From Octopus vulgaris (Eukaryota), in NCBI GenBank assembly GCA_951406725.2, contig OX597835.1, forward strand, positions 10,230,001-10,294,000: DNA of 64,000 nt, written 5' to 3'. Shown one piece after another: positions 37,915 through 51,590 of the stretch. The notes under the pieces are model-generated. The model worked only from the letters and a program-made list of their open reading frames with translations. It did no database searches and had not been told where the DNA came from. The translations under genes were made by a program, and so were the position numbers. Every line of letters begins with the position of its first letter. Position 1 is the stretch's first letter.

Positions 37915-39161
37915 GAATATATGCATACATAAACTCACATACAATGAAGTTTGACACACATTACTCAAATTAAACCAAAACCCCGTATTTGAACCCCAAA
38001 GTGAACCCTCAAGCCGGTGGTGATGAGTAAAGTATGAAAGGGTTAACTCAAACAACACAAGCAGCATGCAGTTGCAGGAGAACAACGAGAGTAGTGGTGA
38101 GAGATGGGTTCTCAAAGAAAGCAGCCAAGGTGGAACGGGAGGAGGAGGAGGTCAGGGGTGAGGGAGGTGATTAGTACCTTGTTAGATTACATCGAGGTTT
38201 AGTAAGGGTAGAAGTAGTAGCAAGCAGCAGCTGCAGTAGTAGTAGCGACAATAGCGACAAGAAGAAGACCAGAAAGTAAAAGTGGAAAGGAAAGTTGAAG
38301 AAAATAAATAAAGAAAGAAATAAAATAAACAGATCAACAGATCAGAATTTTCTTCCTTTTAAACTAAAAGAAATTATCAAAATTTAAATGTATTAATAAA
38401 AAATATATATGAAACAAAACAATGAAAAGAAAATCAACTATAAAGGCCAAGCAATCAATTTTTTTTCTAGAAGCAATCATTAGCATCGTTATCGACATGG
38501 CTGAATGGTTTTGATGTCCAGAAACCTGAGGAAAATATCTAAATTTTGATGTCTTAAATGATGAGAATCCATCAGAAATAAAAGTCTGTAGAGAGAGACA
38601 CATAAGCAACCAAAGATGATAGAAATGGTAACAGAAAACAACAGGAACTCTCTAGATTGCTATCCTAATGATTTTGATTTCAAACCCTGCTTTGGCCAAC
38701 GTTGCTTTTTGATACTCCAGTGGTATTAACCCTTTAGTGTTCGCATTATTCTACCAAAATTAATGCTTTTTCATCCACTTTGTTTTGAACTAATCAGGCA
38801 TTATCTTGTAACTATGAGACTTTGATGAGGTAGCTGTTAATTTTTAAAATGATATTGTAGGGTTGGTGTGAGAGACCAGATCTGGCCAGTTTGAACATAA
38901 AACAGGCAAAATACTTTTAGCCGGATATGGCTGGTTTAAATGCTAAAGGATTGAAATTAAATTCTTTCTCATCATTAAGGATTAGTTTAAGTAGCTATAA
39001 CCAGTTTCACTTGCACTTTATACTGGCAGAATCATTAGCATACTGGGCCAAATGCTAAGAGTTCAAATTAAATAAAATAAGTGCCTGTTGAGCACTGAGG
39101 TCCTTGCAAACAATTGGTCCCCTACCCCAAAACGGCAGGCTTTGTACCTATAGTAGAAAGG

Positions 39162-39196
<35 letters not shown>

Positions 39197-39747
39197 AGAG
39201 AGTAACGAAGTGACACAGGCGACACATACTGGACTGCATGCCTAGTACTCTTTACTCTATCCTCTCTGGACTCTTGAGTTCATATCTTGCAGCAGCTGGT
39301 TTTGCCTGATCTCTCGGAACAAGAACCAGGTATGCACTGAAGCTGAATAAATGTATTATGCCTCTCACCAACAAACCCTTAACCCCGTGCCAATGTGAGA
39401 AATTATCATTGAGGCAGTGAGCTGGCAGAATCATTGGCATGCTAGACAAAATGCTTAGCGGTATTTTGCCGGTCACTACATTCTGAGTTCAAATTTCGCC
39501 AAGGTCGACTTTGTATTTCATCCTTTCGGGGCCAATAAAATAAGTACCAGCGAAAGACTGGGGTCAATGTAACCGACTAGTCTAGTCCCCTCTCCCCAAA
39601 TCTCAGGCCTTCAGTAGAAAGGATTATTATTGTTAGCAGCATTTCATCTGTTTTTACGTTCTGGGTTCAAATTCTGCCGAGGTCAACTTTGCCTAATCAA
39701 CTTATCTCCTCCCACAAAATTTCTGCCCTTGTGACAAAATTTGAAAC

Positions 39748-39785
<38 letters not shown>

Positions 39786-42028
39786 CATTAATGCACAACA
39801 GATTAGACTGTTGGAAAAAATTCCAAACAAGTAACCCTAGATGCCAAGAACCTTCCCAAGTATCCTAGATGTCCCCTAATAACAGTTTTATGGAGCTGCA
39901 CTAAACTAGGTCTTATGCCTACTTCTCCTATCCATCTGTTCAAATCTTTAGGAATAGTTCTTCATGCACCTACCTACAGGAATACATTTTACCCACAGTT
40001 TCTCTTAGTAAGCACTTCCCTTTCCTGGTTGTCCTTAATGACAATATCTAGTCAATTAGCCTTCATCACCTGTCTGGATGTATTACCATGTATGTCACAC
40101 AGTATGACCATTTACTGTGGAGGCGCAATGGCCCAGTGGTTAGGGCAGCGGACTCGCGGTCATAGGATCGCGGTTTCGATTCCCAGACCGGGCGTTGTGA
40201 GTGTTTATTGAGCGAAAACACCTAAAGCTCCACGAGGCTCCGGCAGGGATGGTGGTGATCCCTGCTGTACTCTTTCACCACAACTTTCTCTCACTCTTAC
40301 TTCCTGTTTCTGTTGTTCCTGTATTTCAAAGGGCCGGCCTTGTCACTCTCTGTGTCACGCTGAATATCCCCGAGAACTACGTTAAGGGTACACGTGTCTG
40401 TGGAGTGCTCAGCCACTTACACGTTAATTTCACGAGCAGGCTGTTCCGTTGATTCGGATCAACCGGAACCCTCGTCGTCGTAACCGACGGAGTGCTTCCA
40501 AAAAAAAAATGACCATTTACTCTTTTCCTCAGATCATTTCCAGTGTATATATTCATGGCATCACTTTTTCTGGTGGTATTTTATTATTCTAACACAATCT
40601 TCAGTCTCAGTCTTAATCTGGTGCTAAGATTGGGCAACCAGAGATACTGTGATCATTTCTAACTACTCGCAAAATCCAGTTGCTTGTATACAACAGACAC
40701 ACAGAGTTAAAAACAGCATTACTATTGTTGTAACAAGTAGATGGCATGGTTGGATGGTAATGACAAGATCTGATAAGTCAGACAAGCATATTGTGCTTCA
40801 ATATCTCAGTTTCAATATAGTTTTTATGGCTGGATGCTTCTCCTGATGGTTCAAGTACAGGTGTTGTTTTAATACAGGTGTTGTGAGAGACATTCTTAGA
40901 GTTAAAAACAAACAAACTCTAGAAAGTTATTTAACAAAGCATACAACAAAACAAAAAATATTTATAAATTTTGTTGTTTTTCCTGGGTTTTTTTAACCAA
41001 TCATAAACATTCATCGTGTATTTGCAATTATCTTTGCCTGTGATTCGCTGATTTTAATGGGTTTTTAAAACTGTAATAAATCTAAAGATTAGCAACGAAG
41101 ATGTTTAGCTGATTGAAGGAATCTGTAATTCAATTCAGGCCATCACAGAATGGCAGGGGAGAGGGGGGAAAGAAATAGAAAAACAAAAAAGAAAAAGAAC
41201 CTCGTTCAAGATTTCACTGTTGAAAAATCAAAGACTGATTCCAATATGGGACAGAGCCACGAAGGAGACGACAGACAAATGCTTGCCTTCAGCAGCAGCA
41301 GCAGTAGTAGCAGGAGCAGCAGTGTTTCACACAAAATCTAAATCACTATGGTGATTTCTACAAGACGTCTTCACTAATAAACGTTTGTCATTCAGAGTTA
41401 CTACAGCTTAGTGAATAAAGATGCTAAACGCTGTGGATCATCAATCAAGTTTGCAAGTTCAATCCATCATAACGGTACCAAAGTGGCAGGTGTGTGAAGA
41501 AACTTCTTTAACCAACTCAATTATTACAGGTGTAAAAAATTAATATAATATACACTTTAATGGTCTTCATCACATCAAAATATTTTTTTTTTCATTTTTG
41601 AAATCATTATTATTATTATTATTATTATGAACATTTATCATTATAAAAATAATTATTATTACGATGAAACAGCACAACCATCGCAACTGTCTTACAGTAC
41701 CAATTCCAGCTCTTTACATTCAGGGTTCAAATCCTACAGGGTTTATCTTTAGATTTCATCCTCCTAAGGTTAATAAAACAAAGTACCTTCTGCTCAGATT
41801 AGAAATTGCCATTAAATCTTTGACAAGCTGACAGAACGGTTGAATGTTTTGCGTCATATCTTCCTGCTTTCCCTTCTGAGTTCAACTTCTGTCAAGGTCG
41901 ACTTTACCTTTCATCCTTTGGGGGGGTCAATAAAATAAGTACCAGTGAAACACTGGGGTCAAAGTAATCCCTTACCCCCTTCCCCGTGCCAAAATTTGAA
42001 ACATTTATTTATTATCATTATTATTATT

Positions 42029-42063
<35 letters not shown>

Positions 42064-42708
42064 ATCCTTTCTAGTTATTGGAACAAGGCCAGCAATTTTG
42101 AGGAGAGAGAGCAAGTCAACAACCCCCACCACACACACTGCCCACAGTTCAACTGATATTCACTTCATCAACCACAAAAAAAAAACAAAAAAAAAAAACG
42201 AAAGGCTAAGTTGATGTTGATAGGATTTGAACTCAGAACATAAAAAAAAAAATCAGAAGAAAATGCTGCTAAGCGTTTTGTCCAATGTGCAAACGATTCT
42301 GCCAGCTCACCATTTTCACAATAACAACAATAATAATATAACCCTTTTTACTATAGGCACAAGGCCTGAAACTATTGGTAATGGGGTAGTTGATTACATT
42401 AACCCCAGTGGCAGAATTTGAACTCAGAGCATAGTAACGGGTGAAATACCACTAAGCATTTTGTCCAAAGTGCTAACTATTCTGCCAGCTAATAATAATA
42501 ATAATACTTTTTATTATAGGCACAAGGCCTGCAAATTGTGCGGGGAGGAGGACAGTTGATTACATCAGACCCAAAAGGACAAAAAGGCAGGGTTGACCCC
42601 AGTAGGATTTGAACTCGGAACATAAAGAGCCAGAAGGAATGCTACTGAATATTTTGCCCGATGTGCTAACGATTCTGCCAGCTCACCACCACAACAACAA
42701 TAATAATA

Positions 42709-42752
<44 letters not shown>

Positions 42753-42974
42753 GACAACAAGGGTGTTAAGCATTAACAACGAAACCATCTTTTGCGTGTG
42801 TGTGTGCGTGTATATGTGTGTGTGTGCGCGTGTGTGTGAATGCATGTGTGCGTGTATATGTGTGTGTGTGTGCGTGCATGCGTGTGAAGTGGCACCTGAT
42901 GTTTTGACTTTGCAGAGAGCTGAAGTGAGTTGGAGGAGTTAAGACAAGAGAACTCGTTAGAAACTACTTCATAC

Positions 42975-43092
42975 CTTAATAAGCATTAAGATGTTTGCTG
43001 CTGTGTAAACAGTGAGACATAAGGAGACAAGGGTTAGAAACACCCCCAAGCCAGGATGACTACCAAAAACCGACAGGGAAATGAACCAGCCG
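42975..43092 (-). CDS. SCAMP: SCAMP alternative 118-nt exon B (TM4 region)
   Basis: ttttctag|C GWFISLSVFGSHPGLGVFLTLVSLCLTVYTAANILMLIK|gtatga. Same length and phase as exon A. Confidence 0.85.
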
Positions 43093-43190
43093 CTAGAAAA
43101 AGAAATCCACAAATGTAGCAGTTTTGTTTTTATTTGTTGTTATTTTTTTTTTTCTTTTCAAATTTACTAAAATAAATAAAATAAATAATA

Positions 43191-43221
<31 letters not shown>

Positions 43222-44924
43222 TAGGAGACAACGAAGATTCGAATATTTCATTCCTTTGTTGCTGAGACATAAAAAATAAAAGAAAAATAATTTGTTAGAA
43301 GAAAGTGAAATAAAGAAAGAAAAAGAAAGGCAAAAAATAAAAATGAAAAATTTCAAAAGTGTTTATGACGAAAATGTGGAAAAGTTACTAACGAGGGAGA
43401 GAAAAATATATATAATTAGTAAAATAATAAAGAAAAAATCGATTAATTAGAGGTGAATGAGAAGTGTTTCTTTTTAATAATAATAATAATAAAAAAAGCA
43501 CATAAACAAAAGCATGCCACAAACAGGACTCCAAGTAGTAGTAGTAGTAGTAGTAGTAGTAGCAGTAGAAGTAGTAGTAGTAGTAGTAAAGGTTTTGCGT
43601 TCCATCTTCAGCTACTTTTGTATTGCAGTCATCGTAAAGAAACCCCATAAACACAACTTGCTCTGCACTATCGACCCCTTTGCCACTAAGAAAACACCCC
43701 CACCACCAACACAGGTATTTCTTAGCGGAGAAGACTGGTCGATTGGTTCTTAAACAAGGTAAGTTAAAAAAAAAAAAAAAAAAAAAAAAAGGGTGAGAGG
43801 ATTTGAATTTAACAAAAAAAAAAAAAAAAATTTTTTTTTTTTCTTTCAATTTATCAATATTTCGAAACGGGATCATGGAAACAGGGCGGAGAAAAGGGCA
43901 GGTCAATTCCAACATTTGTTATGCTGACCAGAAACAAATAATTTGTAGTCAACGTAGAACTCGAACCTATCCATTCGATTGCACAATTGGAAAGCGAAAG
44001 ACATTGGAGGGCAGCGGTTTTACTGCTTTAGCCCTTTAGTGTTCAGAATACTCTGTTAAATGTAATCCTTTTTCACTCAAATTGTCTTGAATTAATCATG
44101 CATTATCTTATAGCTTTGAGGTTTCAATGATGTGATTATTTATTTCCAGAATGGCATTGTAGGTTAGGAGTGAGAGGCTAGATATCGCCAGTTTGAATAT
44201 AAAACATGTAGAATAATATTGGGCCGGATTTGGCCGGTTTAAACACTAAAGGGTTAAAAAAGACACAGCGGCATTATATTTATTGCTTCAATAATTCACT
44301 GTGACAATTATAAGGTTGTCCCAAAAGTTCGTAGAAAATCTTGGAAAATAATGGTCTTTATTTTGAGGAATAATTTTAGTTGTTTTTGTTAGTACTCGGC
44401 GAGTAAAAATTCAATTTTCGCAAGTGTTTACGAACTTTTGGGACAACCTAATATTAAGGTTAGAAATATTTCATCGAGAGCAAGTTGTGTATGAAGGACC
44501 GAATAATAAAACAAACCCGCACAGAGTTACGAAATATTTACAGCCCCTGTTCAGCAAAGCAGGAAAAAAATGGATTATTATTATTATTATTTTTATTACT
44601 GAACAATAATAATAAAAAAAATAAAAAAAAACCAAAGAAGAAACAATGCTTAAGACTGCAAGACATACAGTAGATAATAATTTTAAGGATGGAAGGATGG
44701 GGGTCACGAGGGTTGAAGGTTGATGGGGGTGGTGTAAATTTGGTTATGGGTAGCAGGAAGCGGTTATTACAAGGTTATTATTCATAAACTGTATTAAATG
44801 TTAAAGAACGACAAACAAAATAAATCAGAAGCAACGAAACGAGGAGGGGGCGGGGCAGCGGAGAGAGAGAACCCTGCAGGGAAACGGGTGTAGGTGCAAC
44901 ACACAAAAAAAAAACAAACTGTAC

Positions 44925-45042
44925 CTTGACAAGTAGTACAAATGTAAATACAGAAATGAAAATAAAAAATATTCCAATAAATATCATGATGAGTCCGACG
45001 GCTATTTGTGAATTGACTGCTGTTATACCACTCAACAAACCA
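44925..45042 (-). CDS. SCAMP: SCAMP alternative 118-nt exon A (TM4 region)
   Basis: cttgcag|T GLLSGITAVNSQIAVGLIMIFIGIFFIFISVFTFVLLVK|gtacag. Confidence 0.9.
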
Positions 45043-45127
45043 CTGCAAGTATAAGGCAAACAGTGAAACAAACAATGCGGTCTCAGTTTTTTTTCGTTTT
45101 TTTGGGGTTTTTTTGGGGGGTTTTTTT

Positions 45128-46255
45128 GGTGTTGTATGCGCTAAAATGATGAGGATGACGATGGTGGACAACTGTTTCCCCTTATAACGGTCATTTTTTT
45201 TGGAGGGTTTTTTTAGTGCTGTATGTGCTAAAATGATGAGGATGACGATGGTGGACAACTGTTTCCCCTTATAACGGTCATTTTTTTTTTTGGTTTTTTT
45301 TTTTAGTGTTGTATGTGCTAAAATGAAGAGGATGACGATGGTGGACAACTGTTTCCCCTTATAATGGTCATTTTTTTTTTGGTTTTTTTTTTAGTGTTGT
45401 ATGTGCTAAAATGATGAGGATGACGAGGATGATGGTGGACAACTGCTTCCCCTTATAACGGTCATTTTTTTTTTGGTTTTTTTTTTAGTGTTGTATGTGC
45501 TAAAATGATGAGGATGACGATGGTAGACAACTGTTTCCCCTTATAACGGTCATTTTTTTTTTGGTTTTTTTTTTAGTGTTGTATGTGCTAAAATGATGAG
45601 GATGACGATGGTAGACAACTGTTTCCCCTTATAACGGTCATTTTTTTTTTGGTTTTTTTTTTAGTGTTGTATGTGCTAAAATGATGAGGATGACGATGGT
45701 AGACAACTGTTTCCCCTTATAATGGTCATTTTTTTGGGGGGGTTTTTTTTTTAGTGTTGTATGTGCTAAAATGATGAGGATGATGAGGATGAGGATGGTG
45801 GACAACTGCTTCCCCTTATAACGGTCATTTTTTTTTTTGGTTTTTTTTTTAGTGTTGTATGTGCTAAGAGGATGAGGATGACGAGGATGATGGTGGACAA
45901 CTGTTTCCCCTTATAACGGTCATTTTTTTTTTGTTTTTTTTTTAGTGTTGTATGTGCTAAAATGATGAGGATGACGAGGATGATGGTGGACAACTGTTTC
46001 CCCTTATAAAGGTCATTTTTTTTTGGGGGGGGGGGGTTTAGTGTTGTATGTGCTAAAATGAAGAGGATGAGGATGATTTTTTTTTTTTAGTGTTGTATGT
46101 GCTAAAATGAAGAGGATGACGATGGTGGACAACTGTTTCCCCTTATAACGGTCATTTTTTTTTTTGGTTTTTTTTTTTAGTGTTGTATGCGCTAAAATGA
46201 AGAGGATGAGGATGACGATGGTGGACAAGTGTTTCCCCTCATATCGGTCATTTTT
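45128..46255. repeat. About 80-bp minisatellite, roughly 14 copies with variable poly-T and GAT/GAC tracts
   Basis: Unit gtgttgtatgtgctaaaatgatgaggatgacgatggtggacaactgtttccccttataacggtcattt. Confidence 0.93.
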
Positions 46256-48951
46256 GGGGGGGTTTTAGTTTTTTTTTTTAAAGGGCACATTGAAAAATGT
46301 AGTCTTAGATATATTACTATCTCACTAAAGTCAGAACGTGACAAACCAAGTCAACAAGGGGAATGACATTAATAATAATAATAATATGTGAAAATATATA
46401 TATATATGTAATGAAATTTTCACTGCACTTGTTAGTTTCAATATCATGTGAGCCAAAGCAGAGATTCTCCTACCTCTCTCTCTCTCCCTCTCTCTCATAA
46501 ATAGATAGATACATAGGTGGATAGATAGATAGATAGACAGACAGACACATAGATAGATAGGTAGATAGATAGATAGGTGGATAGATAGGTAGGTAGATAG
46601 ATAGGTAGGTAGATAGTAGGTAGGTAGGTAGGTAGGTAGGTAGATAGATATCACCAGGATAATATATCCTTTTGAACTCATTTTTGTGATATATATATAC
46701 ATCATCGTTTATATATGTCTGTACATACATATGTATGCATGTATGTATGTATGTATGTGTGTGTGTGTGTGGAATAAATAACACACATACACACAGAGTG
46801 AGCGAGTGAGGTAAGAGAACCTGTACCTTGGCCCATGTCCTATTGAAAGCACAAACGAGATAGTTTAATTGTTCACAAACAGATTCTTTCTTGCTCATAA
46901 CTCTTGACTCACAAAGAGTTCAAAATGCACACACACACACACAAAAAAAAAAAACCCTTTATGAAACAAAAATATTAATTCAGTAAAAAGAAAGAAAACA
47001 ATTTACAGGGGGTAAGGTAAGTAGTTAACAATTCTTTGAAGATGCTTCTCTTTGCATATGCTTCAAAGAGCAGCTATTTCCTTTGCGTGAAATAAGCAGG
47101 TATAACCTCAATACAATTTAGAGTTATATTATTATTACAGCTAACAGGAGAAATGTATTTGCTACTTAAAGTTCCACCAGTTGAAGAGCATAATAATGAT
47201 AATGTGGATTAGCATGCATAAAAAGGAAAAAATCATTCAGACAATACATTCACTCTAAATCTCAATCTTACCAAACTACCATTGAACACAACTAATTCTT
47301 CCTGTCATTATAGAAGATAACAAGGGAAAATAACTTATGGCTGGTCTGTTGAGATTCTTTCCCTTGGATCATTAGTAAGTGATATTTTTTGGAAGCCATT
47401 TATTTTTATTTCATTTTTGGATTTGGTTTGCAAGATTCTTTATGTGAGTTCGTGTGTTGAAGCATATTCTGTTGTGTCTGGGGGTGAATCATTTGCTTTT
47501 TGGGCCTTATAATGTAACACACTCACCGGTAAAATTTCCACTTATTCCTTATTTTTATTTTCCTAATATTTTCGTTGCGTCTTGCAACCTTTTTCAAAAA
47601 GCACAAAAAGAAAATGACTCTCCCCAGACACATTTATTTCTAGTGTTGATTAAAATATGAACAAGAAGTTTAAAATGGTGCCGGGGTGGATGGTGATGTA
47701 GAGTGTATAAAATGAGAAGATAAAATGTTCTATTTTAATCCCGTAGGATTTTACTCCATTTTCATTCACTGGATTTACTAGTTTATGGATTATGTCCTGA
47801 ATGTTCCACTGGATCCAGGACAGAAGGGCCAAGAGGACGTCCCCATCTGTGCACAACTACATGGGCACCTAAAATAATCAACAAAAGCACAGTACCCGCA
47901 ACCAAGTTGCCTTCAACTTTAAGTGACAGATATAGCTTTATTATGCTATTCAAGTGGTGAAACTTTAAGTAGCACACATATCCATCCTGCAGACCATAAG
48001 AAATAATAACAACATATATATATATATTAATTCTGGTTATAAACACTGAGTTAAAACGTGATAGTTCACTTTATTAGACAACAGTAGAATGATCTATCTG
48101 CTGAGGAAGAAGTAAAGTCTAAAATAAATGTGAAATAGCTGGGGCATTTATCAAAAGAGAAGTGTTGCTTCATAAATGCGCATGCGTGCACATGCGTGCG
48201 TGCGCACATAGATATATATATTTCATTTGCTTCATTTCTCCATGCAAGCATGGGTTAAATGTCTAATGTTATTGAGACATTGTATTGAAGCATTGTTTCT
48301 TAACACAAGTAAGCCCTTATGTTTTTCAAGTAAGGAATCTTATTCCACACAGCAATTAACTAAGAGGAGAAATGCCAACAGAACACCACCTTAACAGTGG
48401 GACTTTCAAATAGCATGTGGAAGACACACACACACACAACAGGCATCTCTTTTTTGAAGTCAATCTACTAAGTCCATTCCCAAAGCTTTGGACAGCCCAG
48501 GGCTACAGTAGAAGACATTTGCTCAAGATGCTTTGCAGTGGGACTGAACCTGAATCCACATGGTTAGCAAGTGAGCTTCTTACAACCACGTCTGTGCTTA
48601 TAATAGATATTTCATGATAAGCTAAGAAGCAGTGATTTTCAACTCATGTCAATCATAAATTACTCCAAATTGTTGTCAGAGTATCCACATAAGTGGAGTC
48701 AAGACCAGCTGGTTTGTACTGGCATCAATTCATATTAGTCGTAATAATGAAATCAAACCAAAGAGTAATATTTCGAAATCATTTAATTTCTACATTTCAG
48801 GTCTTCATAATATAGAATAGGAACAAGCATCCGCAACAAAAAAACTCCGAAATGAAAGCATTTTAAAAATATTTTTGAAAGGCTTTAACTTAGGAAGATT
48901 TACATAATGGATGCATTTTCTATCATATATTACTCAGACCCAAAATGTGCC

Positions 48952-48982
<31 letters not shown>

Positions 48983-49148
48983 CTTTTATTTTGGTTGAGT
49001 CAGCCTCTTTCTAATCTGTGTGCCAGCAGGTGAAATTCAGAGCAGCAAGAGGCTGGCTCGACCAAATAAAGTATCTTTAACTTCTATCCAGTTATTGAGT
49101 GCTCTTTTTCCAATAGTTAATACTTAATGGGTATGTGTGTATGTATAA

Positions 49149-49305
49149 GGGACTCTTGCAGTCAAAACTACTAAAATAAACAAATTGTACCGAATGCAAA
49201 ACTTCAAAGCAAGTCATTTAAAAACAGAATTTAAATGACTTGCTTTGAAGTTTTGCCTTCGGTAAAATTTTGTTTATTTTAGTAGTTATGGCCGCATTGG
49301 TCCCT
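49149..49305. repeat. Long palindrome (about 75-bp arms), probably a Penelope-like or MITE remnant
   Basis: caaaacttcaaagcaagtcatttaaa / tttaaatgacttgctttgaagttttg. Confidence 0.8.
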
Positions 49306-49454
49306 CCTAGCGTGCGGTACCTATGAATAATAGTACCCTCTATATAATATAAATAAATATTTTCAAAGTGGAAAAATTTACAAATTTTTCTCTTACGAGG
49401 TTTTTCACGCTAACTACTGATAATTTCTTATAAAGATTTTATCCTTAATTTTAA

Positions 49455-49485
<31 letters not shown>

Positions 49486-49846
49486 GAAGACAAAGAAAGG
49501 AAAGTAATGAGATGGCCAAATGCAAAATTCTTTGAGACGGTGTACGTCCAAATTTTACGACAAGGCCACTCATTTTCATTCTTCCTTAAAAATCCAAATT
49601 AATCTATAAATCAAGTCGTGAGGTGACCCCTACCCAACTGCAAACACAAGACACACTGTAAAAAAAAAACATAAGTGAACATAACAAACACTGCATCAAC
49701 ACAAACAGAAGCAACAACAAAAAGCGAAAAACAACAACAAAACTGCATGCTGAAAACAGTTTGGTCATTATACACCATGTGTGTGTGTGTGTGTGTTTGA
49801 GTGTACGAGGTATATATGTACCCATCTAGAGTATGTGTCAATATAT

Positions 49847-51590
49847 ATAAGGTGGTATCAGAAAGTTCCCAGACCAAATCTTAAAAAAAAAAAATGCTGT
49901 GTTTTAGTAAATAATGTATTTCTTATCTAATTTCTGCTTGGTATGCATCCTCTTTGAAATAATCCCCCCCTGGGGACATAAACAGTAATCTCAACATGTC
50001 TTCCCCACCTCAAAAGCACTGCAGAAACCCCATTTCCTGAAGGCCACATTGTACCCCAGCAAATCCTCTTTCAATGGCATCCACCATGTTGAAACAACAC
50101 CCCTTCACTTTCAGTTTTGTTTTTGGAAACCCAGTGAAGTCACCGAGAGATAGGGTAAGCGAATACGGAGTGTGTGGCAAAACCATTTCGTTTTTCAGTC
50201 AAAAACTACATCTAGATAAAGGTAAGGGCAAGTGGTTTTCATGCTGCAACAACCAACTGTAATTACACTACACCATAGATTTGGGCATTTTCTTATTGTG
50301 AATCTTCTGCCAAATACCTCAGGTAATCACACTACAGTTGGGAGGAACAAATTATTGGTGAAAGGTACCTTTGGCATTAAAAACACGATGAGCCTGGTTT
50401 TCAGTGCATTGCGGATCTGTTTTGCTTTGTTTTTAATCACCGCAAGCTCTTTATTGCTGTTTTGTCTTCAGATTTAACTATAAACCCAAATGTCATCATC
50501 TGTGATAATTCTAAAAGATTAAGTGTCACTCTCTCTTTTACTCTTTTACTTATTTCAGTCATTTGACTGTGGCCATGCTGGAGCACCGCCTTTAATCGAG
50601 CAACTCGACCCCGGGACTTATTCTTTTTGTAAGCCCAGTACTTATTCTATCGGTCTCTTTTGCTGAACTGCTAAGTAACGGGGACATAAACACACCAGCG
50701 TCGGTTGTCAAGCAATGCTAGGGGGACAAACACAGACACACACGCATAAATATATATATGTATACATATATACGACGGGCTTCTTTCAGTTTCCGTTTAC
50801 AAAATCCACTCACAAGGCTTTGGTCGGCCCAAGGTTATAGTAGAAGACACTTGCCCAAGGTGTCACTATTAACATTCCCATGAATCTTAAAGTACATCTG
50901 AAGACACAGCTACTTTTGAAGACTGTCTCATTTGTCAAACAGAGACTAACTTCAAACCAATGCAATAAATGTTCAGATATTCCATATGGTTCTCCAGGCA
51001 GAATCGTAACAGATTCCAACCATTTGAGAGAACTGATGGATTGTTCTGTAAGGGAGAAGTTTACAATTCCCCCCACACTTCTGGTATTTTACTACAGATT
51101 TCTTGCCTTGAAAGCTCATCATCTTAACTCTTTTGTTACTGTATTTATTTTGAGATGCTCTGTGTTTCTTTCAATTACTTTAAATATAATAAAGAATTTA
51201 GTAAAATAACTTAGTTATCATTCAGCTAGTGTTAGGAACATAAATTGTGACTAAGGTTTGGTGGAAGATTTTAATTCAAAAACTTATAAAAACAAGACAT
51301 TTGTACTATAGGGCCAGAGCCGGGTTCAGCCGGGTTGGTATTGAAAGGGTTAAAATGATACCCAACCAATCTATAACACTCAAAGAACCCAAGTCACAAA
51401 TCTTACAAAACACCCCAAGGGTTCCAACAGCACACTCACGGTGCTTCATTCAAAGTCTGATGCAGGAACCCTGCTTGGATTTGGCATCATTGTGAAAAAT
51501 TGCAGAACTCAGTAAGGTTGGCCACCAATAACTGCCAACAGTACAATCACATTTAAGTGCAGTGCAGTAACTTTCTGATAACACCTTATA
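49847..51590 (-). mobile_element. Degraded mariner element with nested SINE and MITE
   Basis: TIRs ataaggtggtatcagaaagtt (49847) and aactttctgataacaccttat (51569). Internal transposase remnants. Confidence 0.7.

Noticed and set aside
40118-40195. tRNA gene-like sequences (also 22377, 51732, 6331)
   Set aside because: They are SINE heads continuing into shared SINE bodies, not standalone tRNAs.
45128-46255. CRISPR-like periodicity (also 8370-8580 and 26327-27995)
   Set aside because: No unique spacers, no cas genes, and a eukaryotic context.
47783-48046. Hydrophobic ORF (…NLVAGTVLLLIILG…) as another SCAMP TM4 exon
   Set aside because: No convincing phase-compatible splice sites at 118 nt, and it overlaps an inverted repeat.
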